Notes under the pieces: generated by a model
Seen by the model: the letters and a program-made list of their open reading frames with translations, nothing else
Databases searched by the model: none
Told to the model about the DNA's origin: nothing
Part shown: positions 63,324 through 64,000 of the stretch, piece after piece
How the letters are laid out: every line of letters starts with the position of its first letter
How positions within the stretch are numbered: the stretch's first letter is position 1
Assembly: GCA_004431415.1 (NCBI GenBank)
Contig: QPMI01000706.1
Location: 1 to 64,000 of the forward strand
DNA length: 64,000 nt
Direction: 5' to 3'
Source of the DNA: Cyanophora paradoxa CCMP329
Lineage: Eukaryota; Plantae; Glaucophyta
Made by a program: the position numbers and the translations under genes

Positions 63324-63432
63324 AGGTTTTAAGGAAGATATTTTTAATTTTTTAAACTTAACTATTCAAATTAAAATAAATAATATATTATTTAATTAGA
63401 TAAAAAATTAGATTAAAAATATTTGAGTAACT

Positions 63433-63735
63433 ATGGCTAAAAAAAGTATGATTGAACGTGATAAAAAACGTGAAAATCTAATGAATAAATATTTAGTAAA
63501 AAGACAACAATTAAAAACTCGTTTAAATGAAACAGATTCCGTAGAAGAAAAGTTATTATTAAATCAAGAATTACAAAAATTACCTCGTAATAGTGCTCCT
63601 TCTAGAGTTAGAATTCGTTGTTGGTTAACAGGTCGCCCACGTGGAAATTATCGTGATTTTGGTGTATCTCGTCATGTTTTACGTGAAATGGCGCATCAAG
63701 GTCTTTTACCAGGTGTAACTAAATCTAGTTGGTAA
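63433..63735 (+). CDS. rps14: 30S ribosomal protein S14
   Basis: [28 protein letters not shown]. Confidence 0.99.
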   Translation: MAKKSMIERDKKRENLMNKYLVKRQQLKTRLNETDSVEEKLLLNQELQKLPRNSAPSRVRIRCWLTGRPRGNYRDFGVSRHVLREMAHQGLLPGVTKSSW

Positions 63736-63834
63736 TTTGTTAAGAAATAAGAAAAAATGAAGATTAATAATAAAACTACTATTAATCTTCTTTAATAAAG
63801 TTGATGGTTTTAATCTTTAAGACTAGTTAGTTTT

Positions 63835-64000
63835 TTATTGATTTGAATCTAATGGAATATTTAAAAAACTAGCTAAATTTGCTGCTTGTTCTTCAACAAC
63901 TGAAATTGGCAATAAATATCCAATTGGAGTAATTACAATTTCATTTTTTTCTTGAATTTTTAAGGAAATAGAATGACGTGGATTTAATCCTTGTTTTATT
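63835..64000 (-). CDS. ycf4: PSI assembly protein Ycf4, C-terminal fragment (5' part outside the window)
   Basis: Hand translation IKQGLNPRHSISLKIQEKNEIVITPIGYLLPISVVEEQAANLASFLNIPLDSNQ*. Confidence 0.88.
   Translation of the reverse strand, partial: IKQGLNPRHSISLKIQEKNEIVITPIGYLLPISVVEEQAANLASFLNIPLDSNQ

Overview
This is an AT-rich, gene-dense segment of a primary plastid genome. The gene set (phycobiliproteins apcEAB/apcD, hisH, nadA, preA, hemA, sepF, recO-like, rnpB; no atpI or tsf after rps2; S10-spc cluster lacking rpl4/23/29/24/15) and the gene order match the glaucophyte cyanelle (muroplast) genome of Cyanophora, most likely C. paradoxa. This identification is from memory, not from a search. 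The window runs from inside rpoC2 to the 3' end of ycf4. It holds about 75 protein genes, 15 tRNAs and RNase P RNA. Ten complete small genes (petG, petN, psb30, psaI, psbJ/L/F, psbT, psbN, petM), plus psaJ and the ycf4 tail, are missing from the ORF track and were read by hand. I saw no rRNA, intron, mobile element or CRISPR array. Most notable observations: (1) the 182-aa orphan ORF between trnW and rpl11 lies at the cyanobacterial secE position and carries a recognisable SecE-like core; (2) chlB is split at an A6 run with a TTGA stop/start overlap, and its distal half has lost the catalytic-Asp motif and the C-terminal domain; (3) a ClpP paralog has lost all three catalytic residues yet lacks the ClpR insertion; (4) very long perfect inverted repeats start at or inside stop codons and appear to homogenise coding ends (sufC/rps20); (5) the apcE-apcA spacer can form mutually exclusive helices; (6) (TA)n-centred palindromes sit between divergent genes; (7) plastid-encoded RecO-like and SepF-like proteins are present.
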